In this document: one piece after another, positions 35,891 to 47,935 of the stretch | How the letters are laid out: every line of letters starts with the position of its first letter | Numbering within the stretch: position 1 is the stretch's first letter | Assembly: GCF_009834535.1 (NCBI RefSeq) | Contig: NC_045697.1 | Span: 32,738,001 to 32,802,000 of the forward strand | From: Camelus ferus | Lineage: Eukaryota | Direction: 5' to 3' | DNA length: 64,000 bases | The notes under the pieces: model-generated | What the model was told of the DNA's origin: nothing | What the model saw: the letters and a program-made list of their open reading frames with translations, nothing else | Databases searched by the model: none | Made by a program: the position numbers and the translations under genes

Positions 35891-38800
35891 TCAATGCTGA
35901 AAATGTGTTGAAGAACCAGTTCCTTCAAAAACATCTATTTCCCATAATGCAAGTACCACTTTGCATCCTTTCTACATTAGCACAATGAAAGAAAAATTTC
36001 AATGTATTGTAGCATTCTAACAAATATAAATTTCTTAAAATCCAAGTGATTCTTTTGCAGTACTTTGAGGGAAGGACTGTACAGAGTAATACATTTGAAT
36101 TATTAAAAATAATTTGTCTGTAACCTCATATTTTAAAAATCAGTATATCAAAAGCATGCCAAGTCAATTATTGAAAAAATACACAAATAGAGATAGATAC
36201 TCCATATTTTTTTTTAAATAGATTTTAGAGACTGTCTTCCAACAGATGCCTTATCTAATTGTTAGACTCCTGGTTTTTAGTGTTGACAACTAAAGACATC
36301 ACATTTCCATAAATTCTGAATCTAATTATTAACTTTTTCTCAGTTTGATTGTAAAATAATCAAATAATATGTATCCTTATTGTCAATATATGGACAGCTA
36401 TTTAAAATTATTTAGCAATGATTTTATTAAGTTTAATAAATTTCCTGACACTTTTCTTAATTCATCCCTTTTACTGGGTGATCATGGTAGATATGACATA
36501 ATAAAATGATTTGAAGTTAAGATTCAATCAGCATCTTGCAGTGTTTTGTAAGATAAGCTTTTGTATTATCCTTTCTTGAGAAGAGTGCATCTTATAACAT
36601 CACCCTGTGACAGAGGTAAAATTGCCTTTCATTCATGTGTGAGATCTTCTAGCTTGCTGGAGGGGCAGACTGCCAACCTCATATCACAAGGTTTGAAATT
36701 ACACTGGAAATCACAATGTCTCTTTTCTTGATAGAAACAGCAGGGGACAACAGTTGGTTCAGAGAGAGATGGAGACCCCCTGCCTATAATGCTTTAGATT
36801 GATTTTTAGAAAAAAATTCTTTCTTTAAAAAAAAAAATAATTGCCTACTGCACTCATTGTCCAGTATCTTTGCTTTCTGCTTCTACCTTATTTTTTTCTG
36901 CTTTGTATCTCCCTTTCTCTTTAACTGAGAATTCATCCATTTCAGTTATGTTGAGATACTAATTATGAAAAAGCTGTTAGTTAGTACACCCTCCTAAAAC
37001 ATCATGATGACTGCCTGCTGTTAGCATTAACACAAAAATGTTACTAACAGCTCTGTGTTCTTTAAGAATATGTGTTCTCCAAACTGACATCTCTTTTCTT
37101 GTCCTCTAAAGGAAAACACATATTCTGTGATGTCTAAACACCAAAATTATTCCATTTTCCATAAAAAACTAATTACATCTTTCCTTCAAGAAGAAATGTA
37201 TCAGAATTTATGGATTTTAAATTAATTAAGAGCTGGCTAAAAGAATAAATAAATAAAAGAATAATTCATTCATGTATACATGAAAAATTATACATGAATA
37301 TATACATATAAAGTATTTTTCATGTATACATGAAAAAGTATTCATTAAAAAAACAAAACAGGCTTCATCTACTAGATATGTTGCTCATAGGTTAGTACCA
37401 TTCTAGTAGGGATTGAAAGAAGAATATTAGTATTGAGTTACTCTTAAAACAATGGAGAGGCATGCAGTGGTCTAGCAGAGTGGAAGGCACCTTGCTCTCC
37501 AATGGCTGTGATTGCAGTGCTGTAACTTCTGCCTCTTAAACACACATAGATTTTTGAGAAGCTTTGTCTAAAACACTCAGAAACAGATTGTTTTGAAGTG
37601 TTCTCTGGTTTTCTTGCATTCTAAGCCATATTGACCCAGAAGGGAAAAATTAGGAAAATACATGATCTCTCAAGGGTAAAGTATACAAGATACAAACCAA
37701 ATTATAGAAAATTTAGAAGTTTTGTACTCATATTTTCCAGAGTTGGACACAAAGATAAACATACATCCAGCTATGACTTAATTTTTCTTTAACATATTAG
37801 TACTGCTGAGAATTGCACTTCAAAACAGTATGTACATTTTATTCCTGTTCTGCATCAATATTCCGTATTGATTTTTTTATGAAGAACCAAAAAAATCACA
37901 TTTTTTAAAATTATTCTGATAATGTGGAAGTTAGAAAAGTTGAATGTTCAGGAAGAATATACTGAAACAGTGGCTGGAAAAAAAGAAACATACCTTCTTT
38001 CTATTTCAAAGAATTTTTTGTTAGGAGGGCAGCACAGTCTGTACCATATCTCCCTCCAGTGCCAGATGCCCATGTGATTTTCCATTAACAGTTCTAGTGG
38101 AAATATAGCTAAAATACATCTTTTAATATGCATAAATATGGATCATAACATCATGTTCAATGCCATATATTATTTTTTAAATAAAAGAAACAGATGAATT
38201 TTGTCAACTTGTTGCTTGACATTATAAAAGTATAATTTTTCTATTCTTGAGGAACCTTGAAGTTAATGACTCACTCCTACTCGTGAAGGTTAAATCCTTG
38301 TTAAAGGCTTCATTAGGCATCTCCTGATGGCATTGATAATATTTTAAATCTAATTCAAATAAATCTTGGTGAAATTTCATTTAATGTGTTAGTCTGCTTC
38401 TTCTTTAAGACGTTTTTAAACTTTGTGGATTCTGTTTTTGTTGATTACCCATTATTTTCATTGTTTTTAATTCTGTCCTTGAGTGTTATTTTCACTTATG
38501 GATAGAGAGTTAGAGAAAACTAATCATAAAAGAAAATAAAGGATTATTTTCACATATTTTTAGTTGAGAGTAAAGCTAAATTGTGTAGCAAAGTAGATTT
38601 TTAAGACAAAATGTAGTTGTGGGAAATAATTCTGATATGAATTAATTTTTATAGATATCAATAACATTCACAAACATGAATGATAAAGAGGTCATGAAGA
38701 GGATAATTTAAAGTTCAAACTATTTTTTAGAAACAGTAAGAATTAATAACATTTTTGAAGCAAATATTTTTATCAGGCATTGGCTATATTTTTCTAATTA

Positions 38801-39286
38801 CCATAATGGAAAGATATATAAAAACATAGATAGAAGATAAAAGAAATAATATTTACTAAATATAATCCTAAGCTTATTACAATTTACTGCAGACTGGAAA
38901 GATTTTTAAATGAAGAAATTTAGATATATGTGATCAGGAGACATATGATACAAATGAAAAAGAGAAAAAAAAGCAAGTATTTCATCAGGCAGAAAATAAC
39001 TGAGTTGGAAATTCACGGTGTTTGTATTGATAGAGAATGATGATTTTACCAAACTTATAAAAGAAACAAATCATCAGCCTGCAGAGGCTTATGAATATTG
39101 GACACTGTTAAGAGTATTAAACAGGATTTAGTAGCATCTGCGATGAAGGAGATGAGCAAAGGTTACTTATTTTCTGAACATAATAACCCTTTATTTAACT
39201 GCTTATTTTATTTTTGCTTAGGGTTCGATTCCATTTCTTACAGATAATACATACATTTTTGAACTTTTATTTCTCTCAATAAAAAT

Positions 39287-39320
<34 letters not shown>

Positions 39321-39327
39321 CCATCAT
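39287..39327. repeat. (ATC)n trinucleotide microsatellite
   Basis: Direct reading. Confidence 0.97.
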
Positions 39328-40179
39328 AATAATTCTCTTCTTTTTGCTTTCTGGCAATCTTGAAGGGAAAAATAGTTACTCAATATAGCCTATCCTCAAG
39401 AAGCAGATTTGTAAACACTCATTACTGTAAAAATTAGATTTTTACCTGTCCTTTGAAAGAGACAGGCATGTAGATGGGTGTATCAGGGCACATGTTATGG
39501 CCTGATCACAATAGGTTGAAGATAATTATATTGAACTCTTTACATAGTATGGTACTAGTTGTTTAATACATGAATTGTGCAGAACTAGTTGAACCAAGCT
39601 CATTGTCCTTCTCCTCCCCCAAAAGATAAGGTAAACATTTATACTATTTCCTTCTTATATATACAGTTTTACTTACATTTTTGTTTTACTCTACACAATT
39701 AATTTTGGTTTGAGATTAGATCCACTGTGTAATTTTTATGTTTAAAACACTTTCCCTAAAATTACACAGAATAAATAACGATTTAGTGAATTGTATTGTT
39801 CCACTAATTTTGTTAATTCTCCATAAGCATGAAAGGCATTTTCACACATACTAGATTCTACTGAAAATACTTAAATCTGTCCTATTTATGTAACTATGAT
39901 TGCTTCAATAATAAGAAATTTTATTTATTCTAACTTTAAAGCATATTTTTAGATACATTATTTCAACAGGGATCTAGAGGTAAATCTCACCCATAATACA
40001 GATGTTATATACCCAAGCAAACCGTTAGTCAAAATACTACAACTTAGTATGAGATAATATAGCTGGAATATATAATGGCTAGGTTGCTTTGTGCTAGATA
40101 TATGCTTTGCACATATCTAGCAAACAGACAAACAAACATGGTAAATGTTTAACACATGGATATTATATCTCCATAAATG

Positions 40180-40850
40180 TAGAAAAAATTCAAACAATTT
40201 GATTTCAAATTCATTGAGGAAAATTATACAATAATTATTTGCAGATAATAAGTTTATGCACTTAGAATACTCACATAATCTAAAATAAATTTTAAAATTA
40301 AGTAATGGCTTATGCATTTTGCTGAATGTAAAGATTCAAAAATCATTTAATTTCTATTCATGAGAAACTAAGGGCCACAAAGTAAAATTTTATAAGAAAG
40401 TTACTGTGTGCAGTAGGATAAGGACTCCCAAAATAAATTTAACATAAATGTGCAATAAATATATAAATAAATAATTAATTTTTATTGAAAAACTATTTAA
40501 AAGCCCTAAGTGAAAAGAGATTAAAAGTTTCATTGACAACTAGTCAGTATATTAAAGTCAATATATTTAATATTAATATATTAAAATATATATGATATAT
40601 CAGTGCTTTCTTAATAGTTTTAAAGAATCAATACAACTCCCATCTAGTTTTCAATTACAATATCTGTAGAATTTGACAAGATAATTTAAAAATATATGCA
40701 TTTATATACAAGAGCAAAATATCAAAAATATCCAACATGATTGTAATACACAGGGAAGAAGGAGAGGAAGGGCAGCTTGCCTTACAGAGGTCCCAAAATT
40801 AGTACATTAATTAATAGTTAAATTAGTAATTAATAGTTAAAACTATATGC
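40180..40850 (+). mobile_element. Ancient L1 ORF2 (RT region) remnant
   Basis: 'ttatttgcagataat' encodes LFADN, a decayed LFADD motif; downstream 'aataaatttaacataaatgtgcaa' and 'tagaatttgacaag'. Confidence 0.65.
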
Positions 40851-40856
40851 CAAGTA

Positions 40857-42563
40857 TGGGCATTACTGTCCTGTTCTTGATCTTCGAGGAAAAACTTTCA
40901 GCTTTTTGCCATTGGGAATGATATTAGCCATGGCCTTGTCATATATGGCCTTTATTATGTTTAGGTATGTTCCGTCTATACCCAGTTTGTTGAGAGTTTT
41001 TATCATGAATAGATACGGAATTTGTCAAATGCTTTCTCTATATCTATTGAGAGGATCATATGAATTTTATCCTTAATTTTTTTAATGTTGTGTATTACAT
41101 TTATTGATTTGGATATGTTGAATCATCCTTGCATCCAAGGGAAAAAACCTGTTTGGTCATAGTGTATGGTCAATCAATGTGATTTTGAGTTTCTCATATT
41201 TGGGGGGGAATTTTTGCACCAGGGTCATCAGGGATATTGATTAGTAATTTTCTGTTCTTTTGGAGTCCTTATCTGACTTTGATATGAAAGTGATGCTGGT
41301 CTTGTAACATTAATTTGAAAGTATTCCTTCCTCTTCAATTATTTGGAAGATTTTGAGAAGAAATGGCATTAATTCTTCTTTAAACTTTCGGTAGATTTCA
41401 CCCTTAAAGCCATCTGACTTCAGGCTTTTCTTTGTTGAGAGGTTTTTGATTACTGATTCAATCTCATTACTCATTATTGGACACTCAGATTTTCTAATTA
41501 TTCCTGATTCAGTCTTGGTAGGTTGTATGTTTCTGGAATTTATCCATTTCTTCTAGGTTATCCAATTATTGGTACGTCATTGTTCATTGTAGTCTTTTAT
41601 AATCCTTTGTATTTCTGTGGTGTCAGTTGTAATGTCTCCTATTTTATTTATGATTTTCTTTATTTGAAGCTTCTCTCTAGTTAGTCTAGCTAAGGGTTTT
41701 TCAATTTTGCTTCAAAAGACTAAATCTTAGTTTCATTTATTTTTTATATTGTTTTTCAGTTCTCTATCTCAATTATTTCTGCTCTAATGTTCCTTCTAAA
41801 TTTGGGCTTCTCTTATTCTTTTGATCTTAGTTCTTTGAAGTGTAAATTTAGGTTATACAATTTTTTTTTAATGCAGTTATTTATCACTGTAAACTTCCCT
41901 CTTAGAACTGCTTTTGCTGCATCCCATAACTCTGGTATGTTGTTTCCATTATCATTTGTTTCAAGGCATTATTCTAAACTTCTTTTATGATTTATTTTTT
42001 AACTCCTGTTGTCGATTTCTAGTTTCATATCATTGTGTTCAGAAAAGATATTTCCTATAATTTCAATCTTACTAAATCTGTTAAGACTTGTTTTATGGTC
42101 TAACATATGATCTGCCTTAGAGAATATTCCATGTGTGCTTGAAAAGAATGTGTACTCTGCTAGGTTGGATGGACCTATCTCTTAGGTGTATTTGGTCTAT
42201 AATGTTGTTCAGGTCCACTATTTCCCTATTAATTTTCTGTCTGGATAATCTACCCAATTTGGAAGTGGAGTATGTATGTTTCCTATTATTGTATTGTTAA
42301 TCTATTTTGCCTTTATTTCTGTTAATATTTGCTTTATATATTAGCTGCTTCCATGTTGGATGTATATATATTTATAACTGTTATGTTCTCTAGATTAATT
42401 GAAACCTTTAACATTATAAAATGACCTTTGTCTTGTTTTTGGCTTAATGTCTGCTTTGATAGAAGTGTACCTACTGCTGCTCTCTTTTGGTCATCATTTG
42501 CATGAATTTTTTTTTTGACCCCTTTACTTTTAGCCAGTATATGTCCTTAAAACTCAAGTGAAT
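40857..42563 (-). mobile_element. L1M ORF2 (endonuclease to RT) fragment
   Basis: Clear antisense ORF2: 'tatatggcctttattatgtt', 'ttgaatcatccttgcatcc', 'aacttccctcttagaactgcttttgctgcatcccataa', 'gaaaagaatgtgtactctgc'. Confidence 0.92.
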
Positions 42564-43299
42564 CAAAATTCATCTCTTACATGAGTAAAATTATTGCCTC
42601 CTTTTCCAAGTGTTTTAACTTATTCTTCTATTCTTTATTTAAAACTTCCTGAAATAAATATATACATAGGGATATACATTTACACGTCCAGTTTTTATTA
42701 GATACCTACCACTAATTTGATGTTTATTAAATTTAATATTTTCTTTATCACATATAAAATATTTTATTTATACTTATTAAATTACTTTCTAAGGAAGGAA
42801 TTATCAATTATGTCACATATGTTTGAATTTTTAAAATTTGATATAATGTTATACATTCTATTAATAAAATTTCTATAAAAACTTTTTCATCATGGTGACT
42901 TTAATTTTTAATATATTAATTTAATTATTATTTAATGAATATTTAATTATTTAATGAATCCTATTTCTTTTTCTATTATATTAGTTTTTCCTTTTTCTAT
43001 TATATTAGTTTTTCCTTTTATTCATAAGTGAAATTTATCTATATATTTACCTTTCCTACAATTTTTCTGATTATGTGTCATGATTAGTTTGGCTATTTTA
43101 TTTAAATGAATTGGGTTCAATTATATTTTTTGTGTATTCTAGATCATAGTCTATACAATTTATGAATGATTATTTTATAATATTTGAAATAATTAAAATT
43201 CAAAATATCTTTACCCTAGAGTCTTAACACAGATATAGAAACTTATCTAAAAAGAATTTTTTTCAATTTTTCTATTAATTTTGAGCAAATTATTGAAGA

Positions 43300-43800
43300 G
43301 AAGTAAGGAGGAAAAGCTGGTATACTTCCTTTGCAATATTTCTTTGATATTTTCTGAATACTTGTTTTATTAAAATAACTATTTGAGTATGAATCTATTT
43401 TTTCACAAAATCTACATGAAGTAGGATAATCATCCCTCTTAATTTATAAAATTTTCCCCAGATGTGTACCCTTGATTATTGCATCATTCACTTGGGATAC
43501 TTTCTGACTTGTGAATATCTATTCTATTTACGTTGAGTCTCCAAGAGCTGGCCATCTTACCATTTTTATTTTCTTTTTTCAATTGCATTTCTCTACTTTA
43601 TTCTTTTGTGTTTTGAGGATGTTTTTCAAGTGAGTCTGTGAATTTCTAATTGGAATTTCTGCAGTGTCAGCTCTACTCATTACTCACAATGTGGTTTTTA
43701 CTTCGATAATCATGATTTTCATTTTAATGTAGTCTTTCCTACAACCTATTGACACCACTGAACAACTTTGTTGTTAATGGAAAGAATAAACATCTTGTAT
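43300..43800 (-). mobile_element. HAL1 or old L1 ORF1-like remnant
   Basis: T-rich strand with 'ttctgcagtgtcagctctact...gataatcatgattttcatt', typical of antisense ORF1 coiled-coil regions. Confidence 0.35.
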
Positions 43801-44361
43801 TACATAGAAATAATTTGACTAGTGTTTTATATTTTTTTGCTTTTTCACTACATACACTTAAATAAACATGATATTTTGGAATATTTCATCTTACACTTGC
43901 CTTCTTCCCCACAGACTTGAAGCTGAGGTGGTTTGGTTTTCTTTATTATTGTTTGGTAGTGGTAGTTTATTATTGGTCCTTTATTCCTTAAAAGTTCACT
44001 CTGAGAATATAGAAAATGTTTATTTTAATAACATGGAAAGAATTTTGCACATAGGGACATGAATTCAGAGATTAAATGCTGATGGTTATGACTGATGGGT
44101 CTTTTTTTGCTACCTGTTGGACTCTCCATGAGGACCCACATTACACTGGACTTGAGAGTACAGTTGCTTTTCAAATTATGGTGATCATACTGAGGAAGCA
44201 CCCTGTATAGCAGGATGATGATTGTCATGTCTAAAAATACTAAAATGAGGATGTTATATGATGTAAGATTAGTGAAGGAATGGAAATTTTGGTTTTTGTA
44301 CAGTTCCTCTGCTTGCTGGGTGACTTTGTCCTTGACCATCATATTTAACATTTCCTTGCCT

Positions 44362-44978
44362 ATTTTTTTTTCTTTTTTAATTGAAGTACAGTCAGTTTAC
44401 AACGTTGTGTTATTTTCTGGTATATAGAATAGTGATTCTGTTATATATATATTCCTTTTCATATTCTTTTTCATTATTGGTTATTACAAAGTATTGAATA
44501 TACTTCCCTCTGCTATACAATAGAAACTTGTTTATCTATTTTCTTTCATTGGGGAGTAATTAGATTTATTTATTTATTTGTTTATTTATTTTAATTGAGG
44601 TACTGGGGATTGAACCCAGGACTTTGTGCATGCTAAGCATGTGGTCTACCACTGAGCTACACTTTCCCTCCCTCATATCTATTTTATGTATAGTAGTTAA
44701 TATCTGCAAATCACAAACTCCTAATTTATCCCTCTACCCACTCTTCCCCCCGATAACCATAAGTTTGTTTTCTATGTCTGTGATCCTGTTTCTGTTTTGT
44801 AAATAAGTTCATTTGTGTTTCTTTTTTATTTTCAGATTCCACATGTAAGTGATATCATATGCTATTTTTTTTCTCTTTCTGGATTATTTCTCTTAATATA
44901 ACAATCTCCAGGTCCATCCATGTTGCTGCAAGTGGCATTCTTTTATTCATTTTTATGGCTGAGGAGTATTCCATTGTG
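44362..44978 (-). mobile_element. Lineage-specific (artiodactyl/camelid) L1 3' end
   Basis: poly(T) then 'aattgaagtacagtcagtttacaa'; ORF 44855-45058 '[29 protein letters not shown]'. Confidence 0.92.
44543..44674 (-). mobile_element. tRNA-Ala-derived SINE (camelid Vic-1-like)
   Basis: Reverse complement gtgtagctcagtggtagaccacatgcttagcatgcacaaagtcctgggttcaatccccagtacctc has A box, B box and AGC anticodon, plus a (AAAT)n tail; TSD tatctatttt at 44533-44542 and 44676-44685. Confidence 0.88.
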
Positions 44979-44982
44979 TATA

Positions 44983-45053
<71 letters not shown>
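44976..45053. repeat. (TG)n-(TA)n compound microsatellite
   Basis: Direct reading. Confidence 0.98.
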
Positions 45054-45056
<3 letters not shown>

Positions 45057-45158
45057 AAAGAACTAACAAAGCAATACTGAAGAAAAAGAATGAAGCTGGA
45101 GAAGTATGCCTAACAGAATTCAGATAGTACTACAAAGCTATAGTAATCAAAACAGTAT
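45054..45158 (+). mobile_element. L1 ORF2 fragment, inverted relative to the adjacent L1
   Basis: Translates KAILKKKNEAG...YYKAIVIKTV; same segment as 62940-63030 and antisense 55990-56095. Confidence 0.85.
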
Positions 45159-46128
45159 ATATTTTGTTAACCAAAGACTGAGGAACTTTTCAATAGATTA
45201 AAAATTAGGCACAATATTTATATCATTGCTTCTGGGAAAGCTATCTAATTTTCCATTACATTTCTTTTTGGCACTTTTGGTATAGAGGAATGGAATCTAT
45301 TTAGGGGAAGATTCATTAATTATTTTAAATAAATCCTAATAGTAGTTTGTATGTGGAGTTTTCTTTTCAGTTGTTTGTTATATCGTTTATACCTATTTTT
45401 GTAATGTTTTTGGCCAAGTCCTCTCATAATGAAAGAAGATAGACAAACCTGGTTCTAAAACTTAAATGCACCTTGAAGTGCTCTTTTAAGAATAATTGTT
45501 ACATTTTTTGGAAAGTAATTTCTAAGAAGTCAAAAATTTGTTTGTCATCCCCCACCTTGAAATTTTAGCTAATTTATTAAAATATTATTCCTAGAAGATA
45601 TATTGATGTAGAAATTATATTACTTAATGTTCTGATGGTGAAAGCTCTGCATTTATTTACAATGAAATATTTTTAAAATACTGTAAATTAAATTAGTTAA
45701 TGCTTGAATTGGGAATTTTTTTAATGTTCATATGTAAAATTTGTCTCCTTTTTTTATCATGTCCCGATTTTATCCAGTTGGAGTGTCAGGATTTACTGGC
45801 CTCCTAATGACTTGAACATATCTTTCTTTCTTTTCTATCAATAGTTTTAATAATGAAATATTTATGCATGCAAAACTAGGATTTGGTGACAGTCTGCAGA
45901 CTTTAGAATTGACACTTGACTGAAAACAATAAAACAAGGTAAAAAATACCAAACAAATCAAATGATAAAAGACCTACATACATGGTGAGAAAAAAAGAAA
46001 AAAGGGCCTGGATTCAGTTGGGGCCAGGAAAGCCAGAGGAGAGCTCTCAGGATCCTCTTTGTCCTGACCTGGATACCAGTCTGGAAATGGTGCGTCAAAG
46101 GATGAGAGACTCATCTATAGTTCTGAGA

Positions 46129-46203
46129 GGCCTACTGAGCCTAAAAATAAAAGGTCTTACTGGGTCTTAAAAATAAAAGGCTACTGGGCCTTAAAGATAA
46201 AAG
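46129..46203. repeat. About 25-bp minisatellite, 3 diverged copies
   Basis: ggcctactgagcctaaaaataaaa / ggtcttactgggtcttaaaaataaaa / ggctactgggccttaaagataaaag. Confidence 0.85.
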
Positions 46204-46817
46204 TTAGTTTTGGTGCCAAACAATAGTACCCAAAAAACTCATTGCCCCCTCACCCCAAAATGCTATGCTCTAAGATCATCCTGAAAAAGAGGAAAACAGT
46301 TCTGGCTTTTAATCTTTTGGGTTGGCCAGAAAATATCTCAGTCATGGATCTGAATGCTTGTGCCCCTAGTACCCTGATAGCTGCAAGTAAAAATCCTCTG
46401 AAGAAAGATACCATTATTCTAGGCTTCAATTTATACTAGTAATAGTTATAAGATAAAATGTTCAATGCAAAATACAATATCCAGAACAATAATGAGGCAT
46501 AGAAAGAGAAAAGAAAATTTAAAAAGTAGTAGGAATGAGAACAAACAAGGGATAAAAAAATGAATTTCAGTTTTGAAAATGATTGGGCACAGTGCTGAAA
46601 ATAAATCACTACCAACTAGCATTCTATGTCCAGCTGACCTATATATCCTCCAATTGCAAAGGTAAAATTAGCCCATTTCCGAGATTTTCAGACTTACTTT
46701 TCTCAAACAGTTGTGCTGAGCTGCTGTACGATACACATTTCAATAAAAAGAAAAGTTCTATATCTAGTGTTGTAATTTGCTGTTTAGAATGTACCATTGT
46801 TCAAAAAATGTCATTAA

Positions 46818-47270
46818 CTTTTTGTTTTAGAATAAATTTAGATTGCAGGAAAGCTCCAAAGATAGTACAGAGAATTTTCATGTATTCCTTATCCAGTTTC
46901 CCACATTGTTAACATCTTACATTACCATAGTTAAAACTAAGTAACTGACGTTAGTGGTATTACTTTTAACTGCATTCTGCATTCTAAATTTTATCTTGAT
47001 TTTTGTAGCTTTTTCCCTTGATGTCTTATTTCTGTTCTAGGAATAGTCCAGGACACTGCATTGTAATTACTCATCACATCTTCTCAGTCTCCACTGAGTT
47101 TCCAATTGTTACCTTGCTTTTTGTGAATGTGGGAGTCTTCAGGAGTACCAGGCAGGTATCCTGTAGAATGCTGCCCATTTGAGATTTTGTGACTGCTTTC
47201 ACACCATTAAATAAATGTTATGGATTACTGGATAGAATACAACAGAGATGAAGTCCCTTCTAGTCATACC
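46818..47270 (-). mobile_element. L1MC4-like 3' end
   Basis: 'aagatagtacagagaattttc', 'ccagtttccc...tgttaacatcttaca', 'ggagtaccaggcaggtatcctgtagaatg'. Confidence 0.85.
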
Positions 47271-47289
47271 TAGTCACATGCTCAAAACA

Positions 47290-47935
47290 TCAGAGCTATT
47301 AATGCCTTCATTTTTGTGATAAGGGAATTAAGATCATGAAAAGTTAAATTTGCTTGTCCAGGTTCACACAAGCTCCAAAGATGTTCACATTCTAATCCCA
47401 TGAATCTGTAAATATTACCTTATGGGGCAAAGAGGTGAATGTCTTTTGGCAAGGGATGTGATAAAGCTAAAGATCCTGAGAGGGACTGATAATCCTGAAT
47501 TATCTGGGTGTACCTAGTATAATCACAAGGATTCTCATAAGATGGAAGCAGGGGGGTCAGACAAAGAAAGGTGCTCTGTGAAGGAGGATGATGTTATGAC
47601 AGAAGAGGAGAAATTGGGTAAAGGGACAGATTTGGTGATGTGGCACTTTAAAGATGAAGGAAAGGGCGACAAGCCTAAGAATACAGGCTTCCTCTAGAGG
47701 CTGGAAAAGGCAAAGAAACAGATAGAGCCTCCAAACAGAAGTCAGCTCTGCTGTCACCTTGATTTTAGCCCTGTAAGACCTATTTTTTACTTTGGGTCTC
47801 CAGAAATTTGAGAAAATACATTTATATTATTTTAAACCACTAATTTTGTAGCAGTTTTTTGCAGCAATTGGAAACTAATGGAACCAGCTAGTGTCAGAGC
47901 CACATTTCAGACTTATCTAATATTCTCCAACTGTA
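47290..47935 (-). mobile_element. MIR split by an MLT1D insertion
   Basis: Left part '...aagttaaatttgcttgtccaggttcacacaagct' resumes after the LTR as 'cagctagtgtcagagcc'. Confidence 0.6.
47375..47882 (+). mobile_element. MLT1D MaLR solo LTR
   Basis: 'ccaaagatgttcacattctaatccc', 'cctctagaggctggaaaaggcaa', 'caccttgattttagccc', end 'gcagcaattggaaactaat'. Confidence 0.88.

Noticed and set aside
44597..44668. tRNA-Ala gene
   Set aside because: It has an AT-rich tail, a TSD and stem mismatches, and sits inside an L1, so it is a SINE.
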